64,000 nt of DNA from Octopus sinensis (Eukaryota), in the NCBI RefSeq assembly GCF_006345805.1, contig NC_043011.1, positions 12,226,464-12,290,463 on the forward strand, read 5' to 3'. Positions 1 to 11,577 of the stretch are shown here, piece by piece; position 1 is the stretch's first letter; each line of letters opens with the position of its first letter. Under the pieces are notes generated by a model. The model saw only the letters and a program-made list of their open reading frames with translations. It was not told where the DNA came from and searched no databases. Both the position numbers and the translations under genes were made by a program.

Positions 1-64
1 GGTTTCCCAGCATGGCCACAGCTCATGACTGAAACTGGAATCAATCAATCAATTCAATCAATCA

Positions 65-390
65 TCATATATTATATATATATGTATATGTATAATATAT
101 ATTTATATATATATGTATATGTATATATATTAGTAATATATATATGTATATAATAATGTATATATTATGTATATGTATATATATATGTATTGTATATATA
201 TATGTATATATATGTATATGTATATATATATGTATATATATATGTATATGTATATATATATGTATATATATATGTATATGTATATGTATATATATATATG
301 TATATATATATATGTATATGTATATATATATATATGTATATATGTATATGTATATATATATGTATATGTATATATATATATATGTATATG

Positions 391-430
<40 letters not shown>

Positions 431-466
431 TGTATGTATATATATACATGTATATATATATACATG

Positions 467-518
<52 letters not shown>

Positions 519-530
519 TATATTATTTAT
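65..530. repeat. (TA)n/(TATATG)n microsatellite
   Basis: Direct reading. Confidence 0.95.
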
Positions 531-2103
531 TATTATTATTATTATGGACAAAGCTGCTTATTAATTAGGGATGTAACAATTACAAAAAGTATTAAAAGAA
601 AGCAATTATTAAAGGGTTGACTGTGTGGAAATATTTTTATAAATTCATGTTCTAAAAAATTTCCTATAATTTCAATTTCTCAAGTTTCTTGAATTTTTTT
701 GACTCCAATTTCTCTCAAAATTTAAATATTCACTGCATCCAATTTCATCACAAATTTAAATATTCATTGCATTCACTGTGGAGTATTCACTGTGGAGTAT
801 TGCAAAGTCTCTCATTTTCATTTTTAAGTTTTAATCTGCTATTAATGTATATTTAATGTAGAAACATTATTTATTGGATGAAAATTTTTTTAAATACCCA
901 TATAAATTTTGAATGCGGGACAGCTGTGAGAGAAGCCTAGAAAGATGGACAATTGCTATTAGAAGACGAAGAGAAAAGAAAGAAAAAGTTACTGACAAGT
1001 ACTTCAAACTTGCACCTTATTCACAGCTTCCAAACACAACTTCAGCAGTGACACACTAATACACACTCGCGCGCACACATAGATACACATACACACAAAT
1101 CAAAGGTAATGAATGTGTGTGTGTGTATGTGTGTTTGTGCTGTTCACTGACAAGACTTTGTGTTGCATCACTTTTGTGAAGTTTTGTCAGTGAATAGATC
1201 ACGGTTTCAAAGCGACAAAAAATATTTTGACACAAATGAAGTTTGAATGTTGAAGTCAAACTTCCTTTTGTGTGTATTTGTATGTTCTTGAATGGTTTAC
1301 AAACATCTTCCATGCTGCAATTGCTTTTGTTTCAGCACACGATCTCAGATCAAGTCACTTGCTATGCAAGTACATCTCCATAATTTTTTTTAAAAATTAC
1401 TGTAGATAAATGCTGGCAATGACCTTCTCAGGCTCTCCAAGACTTTAATTTCTAAATGGAAACAATCAGGAGCCAGGAGTGGGGTTGCAAAAAATTCATA
1501 ATTTCTCAAATTTTCTTTTTTATAGCATATAAATGTATTTATGGGGGAAAAATATTGAAAAACATTAATACAAGTGAGAGTGATAAAGAAACGAGGAAGG
1601 TTGTCATTGGATCTGCTAGAAAGAACAGCCAAATTGCCCTTAAATCACTTTTCCCTCTGAAAATATTAACAATTCAAAAATTCAAAAAATTCAAAAATAT
1701 GTGTGGAGTGCAATGATGAGGGAGGGAGGTGAAAATCTATGCCATTTGAAGGGGATTTGTATTAATTTTCATTAAAAAATACCCATCTTCCTGAATGTTA
1801 TGAGGAAAAATGTCAGATCGTGTGAATTTTCTGAAACTCCTCTCTCCACAAAAATTCTTTCCCAAAGAACCCTATATACTCTGAAGTGGTATTCGTAGGA
1901 AATTTTGTTAAAAAGTATTCATTTTTCTGGATGTTATGAGGCAACAAAGTCAGAGGTATATACATCTGTAGTAATGCCCTTTTATTTATACAAGTTTTTC
2001 ATTTCATTCTTTGTTTGCAATGTTCTATCTCTATCTCTCACTCACACACACACACTCACACACACACACACAAACACACACGCACACACTTTAAAGCTTA
2101 CAG

Positions 2104-2575
2104 ATGGGCTGCTGAATTGAATTCTCTATGTTGCGTTGAGGGCAAGGTAAAACTTGTTAAACTGCTTCTCCCTCTGTTGTTGGACTACTGTTATGTTTGT
2201 TTTAAAAAAAGAGATTATGACTGTGATAAAATAATGAAAGCAATATTTACTAAGCAAATGAGCACTATTATTGAAAGAATTAGGCATAAAATATAAAAAT
2301 TAGAAATGCGAATCAAATATGAAAATATTATTGAGTGGCTATCAGAAAACTGCCCAGAGGGCAGTCTTTCTGCTAGTATATATGTATGTATATGTATATA
2401 TGTGTGTAAATATATATATATGTATGTGTGTATATACATATGTGTGTGTGTATGTGTGTTAATATATATATGTATGTATATATATCATCATATCCAGTGT
2501 TTTAAATCTGGGTTTTATCCCCATTAATGAGGGTCACCAGTTCTTCCTCAATGCCATAGCAACCAAAGTAGGCAG
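2104..2575 (+). pseudogene. Candidate upstream exon of the CCCH gene, disrupted by an in-frame TAA and a 121-bp microsatellite insertion
   Basis: cttacag acceptor at 2103, CAG|gt at 2575. Removing 2378-2498 (flanked by duplicated AGT) gives a 351-nt phase 2-2 exon in frame with 3205-3361, with one stop at 2294-2296. Confidence 0.35.
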
Positions 2576-3204
2576 GTGCAAGCTACTTACCACACAGCCA
2601 CTCCTACATCTATGTGTATATATATGTATAAAAACATATGTGTATAATTACATATATATATATGTGTATAAATCCAGGCTATAGTACTGAGGCTATAGTA
2701 GGAGACATTTGCCCAACATGCCATGCAGTAGGACTGAATCCAGAACTTTGTGGTTGGGAAGCTTCTTACTACAAAGCCATGCCTGAGAATGAATGATAAA
2801 AATTTCCATGAATGTCACAGTAAATCCTTTAGAGTTAATGAAACCTGTTAAGCCTGCCAAAATTTGGCTCCAATTCTTGTAAAAAAATATATGCTTTACC
2901 AAATCTGTTTAATTATAATTATTTCATTTTTCTTTTGATATTATAATGACATGATGTTAATGATAAGGTTGTTTAAATTAGTTTATTCTGTTGCAGTTTA
3001 TTATGAAAAATGATTCAGTAAATCATTTATTGTTAGCTTTTCATCTCTATTCTTTTATTCTCTCACCACCAACATTGGTACTTTATCTCTTCTCATCTCT
3101 TAATCATCACCAATTTATCATCCTTTCTTCTGTCCTCTACTCTCCACCAGTTTCATCTTGAATAATTTGTCTAAACTTTAAACTGTTTCTCTCTCTTTCA
3201 CTAG

Positions 3205-3361
3205 ATTCCGTTACAATTTACCAAAACAGTCTGGTCCAGTGAATGGTAACGAATGCTACTTCTGGAGAACAACAGGCTGCCAGTTTGGTGACAAGTGCCA
3301 CTACCACCATTTTCCTGATCACAAAGGTATCGATTTGAAACCCTGGCACAAAGTGAAGTAG
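3205..3361 (+). CDS. Terminal exon of an unidentified gene encoding a C-terminal CCCH (C3H1) zinc finger
   Basis: Strong polypyrimidine acceptor tttctctctctttcactag; phase 2; FRYNLPKQSGPVNGNECYFWRTTGCQFGDKCHYHHFPDHKGIDLKPWHKVK* has C-x7-C-x5-C-x3-H spacing; TAG at 3359-3361; AATAAA downstream near 3400 and 3650. Confidence 0.8.
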
Positions 3362-4508
3362 TATGCAGCTGCAACCATCTGACTTTCCTTAGATATCCAA
3401 TAAATCATTTAAAAATATGTATACAGACATGTACAGACACACAAACTATACACTGCTTCATTAAAGGATTCTTTTTATAATAATATCCTACAGACAGGTG
3501 TATCTATATCTTCTTATCTTTTCTATCTCTCTACTTCAAAGGAAGAGGTTGAGTTATACTGAATTCTGTATTTGTGCAATTAATTGATACTACTGTGTTT
3601 TATACAGTACGGGTTGTGGTGTCTACAGCAGTTGAAGCTAAGTACAGCGAATAAAAGCTGTTGAAAACTTTAGTGATAAATCAGCTACCTTCAAAATTTG
3701 AATAAAAATAAGAAATTAACTAAAATTAAATAGATGAAATATCATTACTGATAAGGATTATGAGTTAATTTTGATAACGAAGGACTATATTACATTGAAC
3801 ATGAAAAGTTTTAGTTGGCCACTTTATCTCATTTCAGCTGTTTGTTAAAAGACTTATCTAGACCAAGTTAGTATTATTCTGCACTGGTTTTGCTTAGAAT
3901 ACCTGTTTATTTACCTTGGTAGGGTTCATCTCATTACTACTTTTACTGTGCATCTTTGATACATTCTGAGAAATGACTTAACTAAATGCCAATTATTTGA
4001 GATCAAATTTTGCTCGAGGCAGCCCTTTTAAAATGTTATCTATTTCATGCCTTAATAATGTGCTAGAATTTATCTTAGTCTGTTAATTAGCTAAATATCT
4101 GAGATAAGTTGTTAATAGCACTATCATTTTCCCAATTATTAACTTCATCTTCAAAGTGTATATTTTCAATATTAATGTCCACATCACATTTAGATTGCTT
4201 TGATCTTCAATAACTGTCAGTCATATTGGGCCTTACAATCCACTGATAATTCACATTCACAACACATCAAAACCCAAAAGACTGAACAGAAAATACTTCA
4301 ACTCTCAACAATTGATACAAAGCTCAAATGGGACCCATAATGAGATATTGCTTCTACATCTGGGATGGTGATGCTGCTAAACCACATCTCAAGACAAACC
4401 ATTGGACTAATTGGCATGGATTTACTGACCAGCATATTCCAACCTCTAGCTTTCTCACTTCACTATCTCTACCTTTACTTCAGTAGTTTCTGTTTCTCAG
4501 AGACTTAA

Positions 4509-4729
4509 CCCTTTCATTACCAACCCGGCCAAAACCAGCTCTGGCTCTGTAGCACAAATGTCTTGTTTTCATAAGCTTTGCATTAAAATGTACCACCAAA
4601 CCTTAGTCACAATTTATGTTCCTAACACTAGCTGAATGATAACTAAGTTATTTTACTAAATTCTTTGTAATATTTAAAATAATTGAAAGAAACACAGAGC
4701 ATCTCAAAATAAATACAGTAACAAAAGGG
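4509..4729. mobile_element. piggyBac-type MITE
   Basis: TTAA at 4505-4508 and 4730-4733; CCCTTT...AAAGGG termini. Confidence 0.75.
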
Positions 4730-6720
4730 TTAATTAACTATCTTAGTGCTTCCAAACCTTCTTCAAGTATTGTTTTCTTTATGTGGCTGTATTCCTCCTG
4801 TTTCTTTAATTTCCAAGACGGCTGACATCATTCACAGAAGTGGTTTCTTCTCCCCTGTGTTTCAGCTCAAACAAGATTCCTTTCATTATACCCAGTTTGC
4901 ACAGTAAAAGTATGAATACTAAACCATGGTAATGAGAGCAGGGTGTGAACCAAGTGCATAATGCTAAAATGTTGCTAAATGGTCACTTACTTTAATCATG
5001 AAGCTGATGCTACTACTGTACAATAATTATTATTAATAATGTCTAAATTTCAAATAGAACTTAAGATTTAAAGGAAGTAACCGATTTCAATTTAAAACTG
5101 GAATTTGGGTCTGAAGGAAAATCATTAAGCATCGTTTTACATTGTCATAAATTTCACTAGTAAATGTGCAATACATGAATACAAGAAATAAACTCCTAGT
5201 AAATTACAGTTGCACCCTGCCCACTTTCGATTCTTAGTAATAACTCCAATATTTGGAGAAAGGCATAGGCAACATAGAATCTCATATCCTTATAAATGAA
5301 TAGTAAATTTTATTCAAATGGGTTATCAAAAGACATAACAGAATCAAAGGAAGTTTTGATGGCTTAATCTTCTGTAGTTACTTTCAAACAGAAGTGTATG
5401 TTTGTTCTTATGTTCAAATTATATTTGCTCATTAATGAGTGGTGATGATGACTATTATTGCAATGATAAAAATTAAAGGAAAAAATTATCCCATGAGGGA
5501 TACTTATTTGTTTATAAATATGATGTGTGATCTTTTATATATTTTTACCTCCATACCATCTTTGGTGAAATAGATCTTGCTGATTTAAATATTTGGGTAT
5601 TTATTAAAACTGATTTGAAGCTAATTAGCATAATAATCCATGCAACCAGAAGTATGCTATCTTGTATGTACAGACATCTTAGAGTGTTGGAAAAGATGAC
5701 AGATTCATATTCTCAGCAACATACAATAACATATTAATGTGTGATAATACCAAATTCTTAACAATGTGTATTTAGAGGAATTCTGAGGACCAGTTATCCA
5801 TCTACTTACATCTATTCGTATGTGTTTAAGTATGGTTTAGCAAAACAGAACAAGCACATTCAAAGACACCCTTCATTGCAAACTTCTTAAGTGACTTTCA
5901 AAGAAACTTCAGAGTCAACTTAAATTTAGTGGAAAAAAAGAAAGAGAATGAGAGACACACATAAAGAGACATAGTTTGAGAGAGAGAGAGGAAGGAGAGT
6001 GAATGGTGATGAAAGCATTGGTGACATTGTTTGTTTCCCTCTTTCTCTCTTTTATTATCTCTCTCACAGTGGCATGCAGTGAGATTGAGGATGAGTAACA
6101 CATAGTGGCTGGAGTATTGGATTGGTAACATCTCCAGAAACTCATCTCTTACATTTCAATTAATCCTTTGTTAATTTTCATTAATGCTTAAAAAATAGTT
6201 TACCTGCAGTTCACAACAGTTCATGCAAGAATAAATTTTCTCTATTAGTAAACTTGTACAAAAAAAAAATAATATATTAACACTGAAGCCATTTACTATA
6301 TTAGTTTCCATTCACCTGAAAAGTACACACACACATCTTTATATGTTGTGTGTGTGTGTGTAAAGAATAAAGTGCCTAAAATGGACAGAAATGTGAAGGA
6401 TGGCTTTGGTCCAATGGTTGAAAGCCTGTCATGTTTACATTTGTAGGTTCATGTTCCATGGGCAGCTTTTGATTTCTTTTTTCTATCCAAAGGTTTTAAC
6501 CCAATATTTAAATGTTATCATTTATAATTTTATTTACTTCAAGATTCATCATTGCCTAAAAAAACAGATTGGCTTCTCATTTTATCCGGGATTGGTCAAA
6601 TGACATAGACACCTGATGAGAGCCAAATAAGGTTTGAAACTCAGTGAAAAGTTAGTTAAAAGATAGTTAAATTTACACTGTTTCTATATCTACTCTGTAG
6701 GTTTACATATATCCATACCT

Positions 6721-6863
6721 ATTTCTTTACTGCCCACAAGGGGCTAAACACAGAGGGGACAAACAAGGACAGACAAACGGATCAATTCGATTACATCGAC
6801 CCCAGTGCGTAACTGGTACTTAATTTATCGACCCCGAAAGGATGAAAGGCAAAGTCAACCTCA
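6721..6863 (-). mobile_element. tRNA-derived SINE family B, 5'-truncated
   Basis: 18-bp TSD TTACATATATCCATACCT (6703-20, 6864-81). Confidence 0.85.
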
Positions 6864-7166
6864 TTACATATATCCATACCTTGATACTATGTGGCCTAAG
6901 ATCTCCACAGACAGGACCCTGATATTAAATGTAGTGATATTATACTTATGATATGCAAATTAGTAACTCCAGTTCCCTGAAGCTACTGGATTTGTATATA
7001 AACAGATTAGCAACTTATTTTCTCTTGGATTTGTCAAATGATGTAGGGACTTCTGATGAAAACACAATCAGGTTTGAAAAACAAATAAGGCTGGTTATCA
7101 TTTTATTCAATCTGTGAAGAAATCATTAAATTTGCCATGTTTATATGTCAGATATGCTTGTATATA

Positions 7167-7395
7167 TCATCATCGTATAACGTCCGTTTTCTGTGCTAGC
7201 ATGGGTTGGACGGTTTGATCGGGATCTGGGAAGCCAGGAGGCTGCGCCAGGCTCCAGTCTGATCTGGCAGTGTTTCTACAGCTGGATGCCCTTCCTAACG
7301 CCAACCACTCTGTGAGTGTAGTGGGTGCTTTTTACGTGCCAGGGGAGGCTGGCAGTGGCCACGATCAGTGGTGCTTTTTACATGCCACCGGCACG
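7167..7395 (-). mobile_element. RTE 3'-UTR-derived short retroposon copy
   Basis: catcatcgt..aacgtccgttttc..tgctagcatgggttggacg...ggatgcccttcctaacgccaaccactc; same as 24168-24340. Confidence 0.8.
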
Positions 7396-7890
7396 TAATA
7401 TATATATATATATATATTCAAATATGAATTTGAAGCAGCTCAAAGTATATAAACAAAATCGGACACACATACACAAGGTGTGCATGTTGTTACATTCTGG
7501 GTTGGATGTGTTTTAGGTGTAAAAGAATATATTTTCAGTTGTACCTGGTGCTAAAATCACCTGAAAGTAAGTTACAGGCAAGGGAGACAACTTACATCAT
7601 GTCCCTTCTTTGAACGACAGGCATTGATGTTTCATCATTCTTGTGACTTTCCAATGTTGCATACCGAACAAAGCCCACTGCAAGCTATATTGTCAACTAT
7701 GACAATATATATATCTATATCTATCTATATATATATATATATATACATGTATATATATAAGTTCAGCAAAATTTAGATTCAAATGAATATGGTACTTAAG
7801 TTAGATACACCAGAATTCTATATGGTGTTATCCATAAAAATCCATGGGGTGATTATAATCAAAATAAGCAACAAGAATAACTTCGGTAGT

Positions 7891-7976
7891 TTGGTACGAT
7901 CGTTTCACGCTACATCATTTTATTAAATATTGTAAATGTTACAACGGTTTTAAAATGTTAAGCAATCATCAGCCAA
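7891..7976 (-). ncRNA. Type I hammerhead ribozyme motif, intact core (left arm of fold-back element)
   Basis: Minus strand UUGG-CUGAUGA-(long imperfect stem II)-GAAAC-GAUC-GUA|CCAA; stem III ACGAUCGU is a perfect palindrome; stem I UUGG/CCAA. Confidence 0.75.
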
Positions 7977-8128
7977 TTATATGAGAATGAGTATTCTTCA
8001 GCCAGAAGATAAACTCTACTACCTTAATGTTCTTAAAATTTAAATCAACATCTTTGTCTATATATCTTCCTTCTCTATAATGTTATCAATTGATATGAAA
8101 ATTATGTATTAATGGAAAACCTCTATAA

Positions 8129-8214
8129 TTGGCTGATGATTGCTCAACATTTTAAAACTGTTGTAATACTTACAATATTAAATAAAATGATGTAGCGTGA
8201 AACGATCGTACCAA
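8129..8214 (+). ncRNA. Type I hammerhead ribozyme motif, intact core (right arm of fold-back element)
   Basis: ttgg CTGATGA (8133-39), 59-nt stem II, GAAA (8199-8202), C GATC GTA|ccaa; cleavage site would follow 8210; stem II closing pair is a U/U mismatch. Confidence 0.75.
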
Positions 8215-8259
8215 ATTACCGAAGTTATTCTTGTTGCTTATTTTGATTATATATATATA

Positions 8260-8985
8260 CAGTAATCCCTCAGCTATCGCAGGTGTTACGTTCCAAACAA
8301 CAATAGGTGAAAATCCATGAAGTAGAAACGGTACTGTACCGTATATTTTTTTTGATTATTTTTATAATTTGTATATATTTTATTATAAATGCAAAACAAC
8401 ACCACACGCTCACCTCCCGAGTTTCATTTTCCATACAGTACGTGCAATTCTTTGTTTACCCATCCACGGTACACTACATATTTTTTAATATATTTTAATT
8501 AATGAGTTATACTGTGCAATACTGTCCTGAATTTTTACTCATTAATTTTTAGGCATGAAAATGCTTATTTCACCACAGATATATTTAAAATACCTATTTC
8601 TTTACTACCCACAAGGGGCTAAACACAGAGGAGACAAACAAGGACAGGACAGACAGATTAAGTCGATTGTATCGACCCCAGTGTGTAACTGGTACTTATT
8701 TAATCGACCCCGAAAGGATGAAAGGCAAAGTCGACCTCGGCGGAATCTGAACTCGGAACGTAACGGCAGACGAAATACAGCTACGCATTTCGCCCGGCGT
8801 GCTAACATTTCTGCCACAGAAACCCGCGAGGAGTCTGTGATATAAATTTACATTTATTAGCCAGAAACATCCGCGGTGGTGCCCCAGCATGGCCGCAGCC
8901 TTCGGGCTAAAACAGTTTTAAGGATTTTTTTTAAGAATGTACGGAGCGCACGATAGGGGAACTGCGATATGGTGAGTGATTGCTG
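8260..8985. mobile_element. Tigger/pogo-like MITE with a nested SINE
   Basis: TA on both flanks; imperfect TIR cagtaatccctcagctatcgcag / ctgcgatatggtgagtgattgctg. Confidence 0.65.
8593..8816 (-). mobile_element. SINE family B, near full length
   Basis: tggcagaaatgttagcacgccgggcgaaatgcg...gagttcagattccgccgagg...gtaaagaaatagg. Confidence 0.85.
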
Positions 8986-9322
8986 TATGCTACATGGTTT
9001 AGGAACCTTCTGCTGGTATGCCCCAACCTTTCATATAATGGAAAAAATTCAAATATGAATTAGAAACTGCTCAAGATATATAAACAAAATTGAACACACA
9101 ATCACAAGGTGTGTATGTTCTTCATTCATGGGTTGGCTGCACTCTAGGCATAAAAGAACACTTTTTCAGTGCGCTTGGTGCGATGTCTCGCTTATGACTT
9201 TCAGGTGTTTTTGACACCAGGCGCATTGAGAAAGTACTCTCGTGTCTAAAATGCAGCCAACCCATGAACTAACAACACACGCACCATGTGTATGTTTGTT
9301 TGATTTTGTTTACAAATATATA

Positions 9323-9664
9323 TCATCATCGTTTAACATCTGTTTTCCATGTTAGCATGGGTTGGACGATTTTGACTGAGGGTTGTCGAACCAGATGGCT
9401 GCACCAGGCTCCAATCTTGATCTGGCAGAGTTTCTACAGCTGGATGCCCTTCCTAACGCCAACCACTCCGAGAGTGTAGTGGGTGCTTTTTACGTGCCAC
9501 TGGCACGGGGGCCAGTCAGGCGGTACTGGCAATGACCTCGCTCAAATCTTTTACACGTGCCAGTGAAGCGACGTTGGTAATGATCACGCTCGAATGGTGC
9601 CCTTGTACATGCCACGGGTACGGAAGCTAGTTGGTTGCTCTGGCAACGATCACGCTTGGATGGT
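9323..9664 (-). mobile_element. RTE 3'-UTR-derived copy
   Basis: Same consensus, with internal gtgccac(c/t)ggcac repeats. Confidence 0.8.
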
Positions 9665-9697
9665 TATTTATTTAAAGGACACAATACATGTATTTAA

Positions 9698-9751
9698 GTG
9701 CTACTAATAGGTTCATATGTTGAGAAATACTCAAAGATATTCTTCAGGCAC
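9698..9751 (-). ncRNA. Hammerhead ribozyme motif with GAAA mutated to GAAC (left arm of large fold-back)
   Basis: Minus strand GUGC-CUGAAGA-stem II-GAACC-UAUUA-GUA|GCAC; mirror copy of 10908-10961. Confidence 0.6.
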
Positions 9752-9989
9752 AAACCACATATAACAAACTTAAAAAATTGAATAATAGAATAAACGCAAA
9801 AAAAAACTGAAGGCAGCATCTAGAAAATAGAGAAAGTAAGAAACCGAAAATAAAAACAAAATAGCTAAAACGTAAAAAAGCAAAAGAGCTATTCTCCTCA
9901 GACCTTAAATAATAAGGCTGGAAAGATATCATGTCAGTTAGCAATAGGCGTAATTTTCCAAGTCTTCAAAATATATTTATGCAACCACT

Positions 9990-10279
9990 TATGAGAGGTA
10001 ATAGCGTCAAGAAGACCCAAAGGTGTCAAGTGATGCTGAGTAAGTGCTATACAATATCCCTGCATATCTCATGTCTGTTTTCATTCCTCCACTTCACTCT
10101 CTATTTCATATCTTCTCTAAAATAACTATTGCTTGACCATTTTCTTGCACCGTCTCTAATGAAGGGATATATAAAATATCCTTGAAACAGCTGTAAGACC
10201 TCTTTATAAATGTTCTGAAATCTTTCACCACCTTGGATTTTTATCTCATTCTGTTAATTTTATATATATATATATATAC
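9990..10279 (+). mobile_element. Penelope-like terminal fragment inserted in the left arm of the fold-back
   Basis: 11-bp direct repeat ATGCAACCACT at 9979-9989 and 10280-10290; carries the hammerhead motif at 10152-10199; ends in (TA)n. Confidence 0.6.
10152..10199 (+). ncRNA. Minimal type I hammerhead motif with G5-to-A core substitution, in a Penelope-like fragment
   Basis: gtct CTAATGA, 8-bp stem II, GAA ACAGCTGT A|agac; palindromic stem III; stem I GUCU/AGAC. Confidence 0.65.
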
Positions 10280-10907
10280 ATGCAACCACTGAAAATTCCT
10301 GACCTAGAGTTCAATAGAAAGTTAGGGATCTTAAATCTGAACTGGATCTGCACTCTTTCAGCTAAACAAAGCCTACTCTTATTCGACCCATTCACAAAAG
10401 GTATGGATTTCTCAATTACTTTCCATTTAACTACATGCAATGTTTCGTTATCTTTCAAAGTTCATACGTAGCTAGCCAACTTAGCTTTACTTTTGGCTAG
10501 CTACGTATGGACTTCGTAAGATAATGAAACACCGCATGTGATTAATGGATCAAATAAATGTAGACTTTGTTTAGCTGAAAATGGGCAGATCCTGTTCAGC
10601 TCTTAGATCCCTAACTCTCTCTTGAACTCTAAGTCAGAAATTTTCAGTAGTTGCATGCATATGTATAAATATATTTTGAAGACTTGGAAATTTCTGCCTA
10701 TTCCTGACTGACTTGATATCTTTCCAGCCTTATCGTTTAAGGTCTAGGGAGTATAGCTCTTTTACCTTTTTGTTTTTTTTTACATTTCAGTCTTTTTGTT
10801 TTCGTCTTCCATTTTTTAATGTCTGCGTTTTCTATATGCTGCTTTCTCAATTTTTTTCGCGCTTCTTCTATTATTCAACCTTTTTAGTTTGTTGTGATAT
10901 GTGGTTT

Positions 10908-10961
10908 GTGCCTGAAGAATATGTTTGAATATTTCTCAACATATGAAACTATTTGTAGCAC
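10908..10961 (+). ncRNA. Type I hammerhead ribozyme motif, intact core (right arm of large fold-back)
   Basis: gtgc CTGAAGA atatgtttgaatatttctcaacatat GAAAC tattt GTA|gcac; stem I GUGC/GCAC; stem II about 9 bp. Confidence 0.75.
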
Positions 10962-11074
10962 TTAAATACATGTATTGTACCCTTTAAATAAATAATATTT
11001 ATCTCTCATCAGATGGAGTACTTTTCTTTGTTAAATTTTCTATCACAGAACAGTACATTTTATATATATATATA

Positions 11075-11469
11075 CTAGCAGTATCGCCCGGCGTTGCTCG
11101 GGTTTGTAAGGGAAATAATTATATAAGCATTTTTAGAGATGTAAAGTATAATAGCCATCTCAATATGGCTAACCACAAAGGGGGAGGGGTGTTACTGTAG
11201 CTTTTTACGTTCTGAGATTTAATAATAAATTTTAGAGAGTTACTTCCCTTATATATGTCAAAAATGGATTAAAAATGGGAAAAATTGATGGTAAATTTTT
11301 TTTTAAATCGTAGACTCATTGTAGACGCGCGCTAATACCCAGACAGTCTCGATATGAATCACGACTATAAGATACCCGGTTTTGGTTAAACTGCACCGCA
11401 AAATGTGGGAGTAGTTAGGAATCTAAATCGTAGGAGACAGACACACAACCTCACTTTTATATATAAAGA
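11075..11469 (-). mobile_element. Non-autonomous Helitron (family 1)
   Basis: Minus strand A|TC start, CTAG|T end, hairpin cccgagcaacgccggg about 10 nt before the end. Confidence 0.8.
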
Positions 11470-11577
11470 TTTCCTCTATTTACATAATATTGAGGTCTCT
11501 TTCTTTCTTTTGTTATCTTACTGTTTTTACCAATATCCATATATATATATATATATATATATAAATATATATATAGT

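Larger units (their letters stand above)
7854..8251. mobile_element. Fold-back element with about 127-bp inverted arms, each carrying a hammerhead motif (Penelope-like derivative)
   Basis: 7854-7981 is the reverse complement of 8124-8251 with few mismatches; unique core of about 140 bp. Confidence 0.75.
9665..10994. mobile_element. 1.33-kb fold-back element (arms about 500 bp, loop near 10480-10492) with terminal hammerhead motifs
   Basis: 9665-9989 plus 10280-10479 mirror 10493-10994; centre gctagccaa...ttggctagc. Confidence 0.75.

Noticed and set aside
65-620. Long ORFs such as [10 protein letters not shown]... here and at 22270-24157, 25669-26245, 31588-32061, 33559-33881, 36364-36896 and 42655-43653
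   Set aside because: Translations of TA/TG/CATA microsatellites that simply lack stop codons
5808-5925. Minus-strand segment with a strong AT|gtaagt donor and a plausible acceptor
   Set aside because: All three frames contain stops; no evidence for a non-coding exon without transcript data
6003-6098. 31-aa ORF MVMKALVTLFVSLFLSFIISLTVACSEIEDE resembling a signal peptide
   Set aside because: The hydrophobic stretch is the translation of a CT-rich tract; no supporting second exon was found
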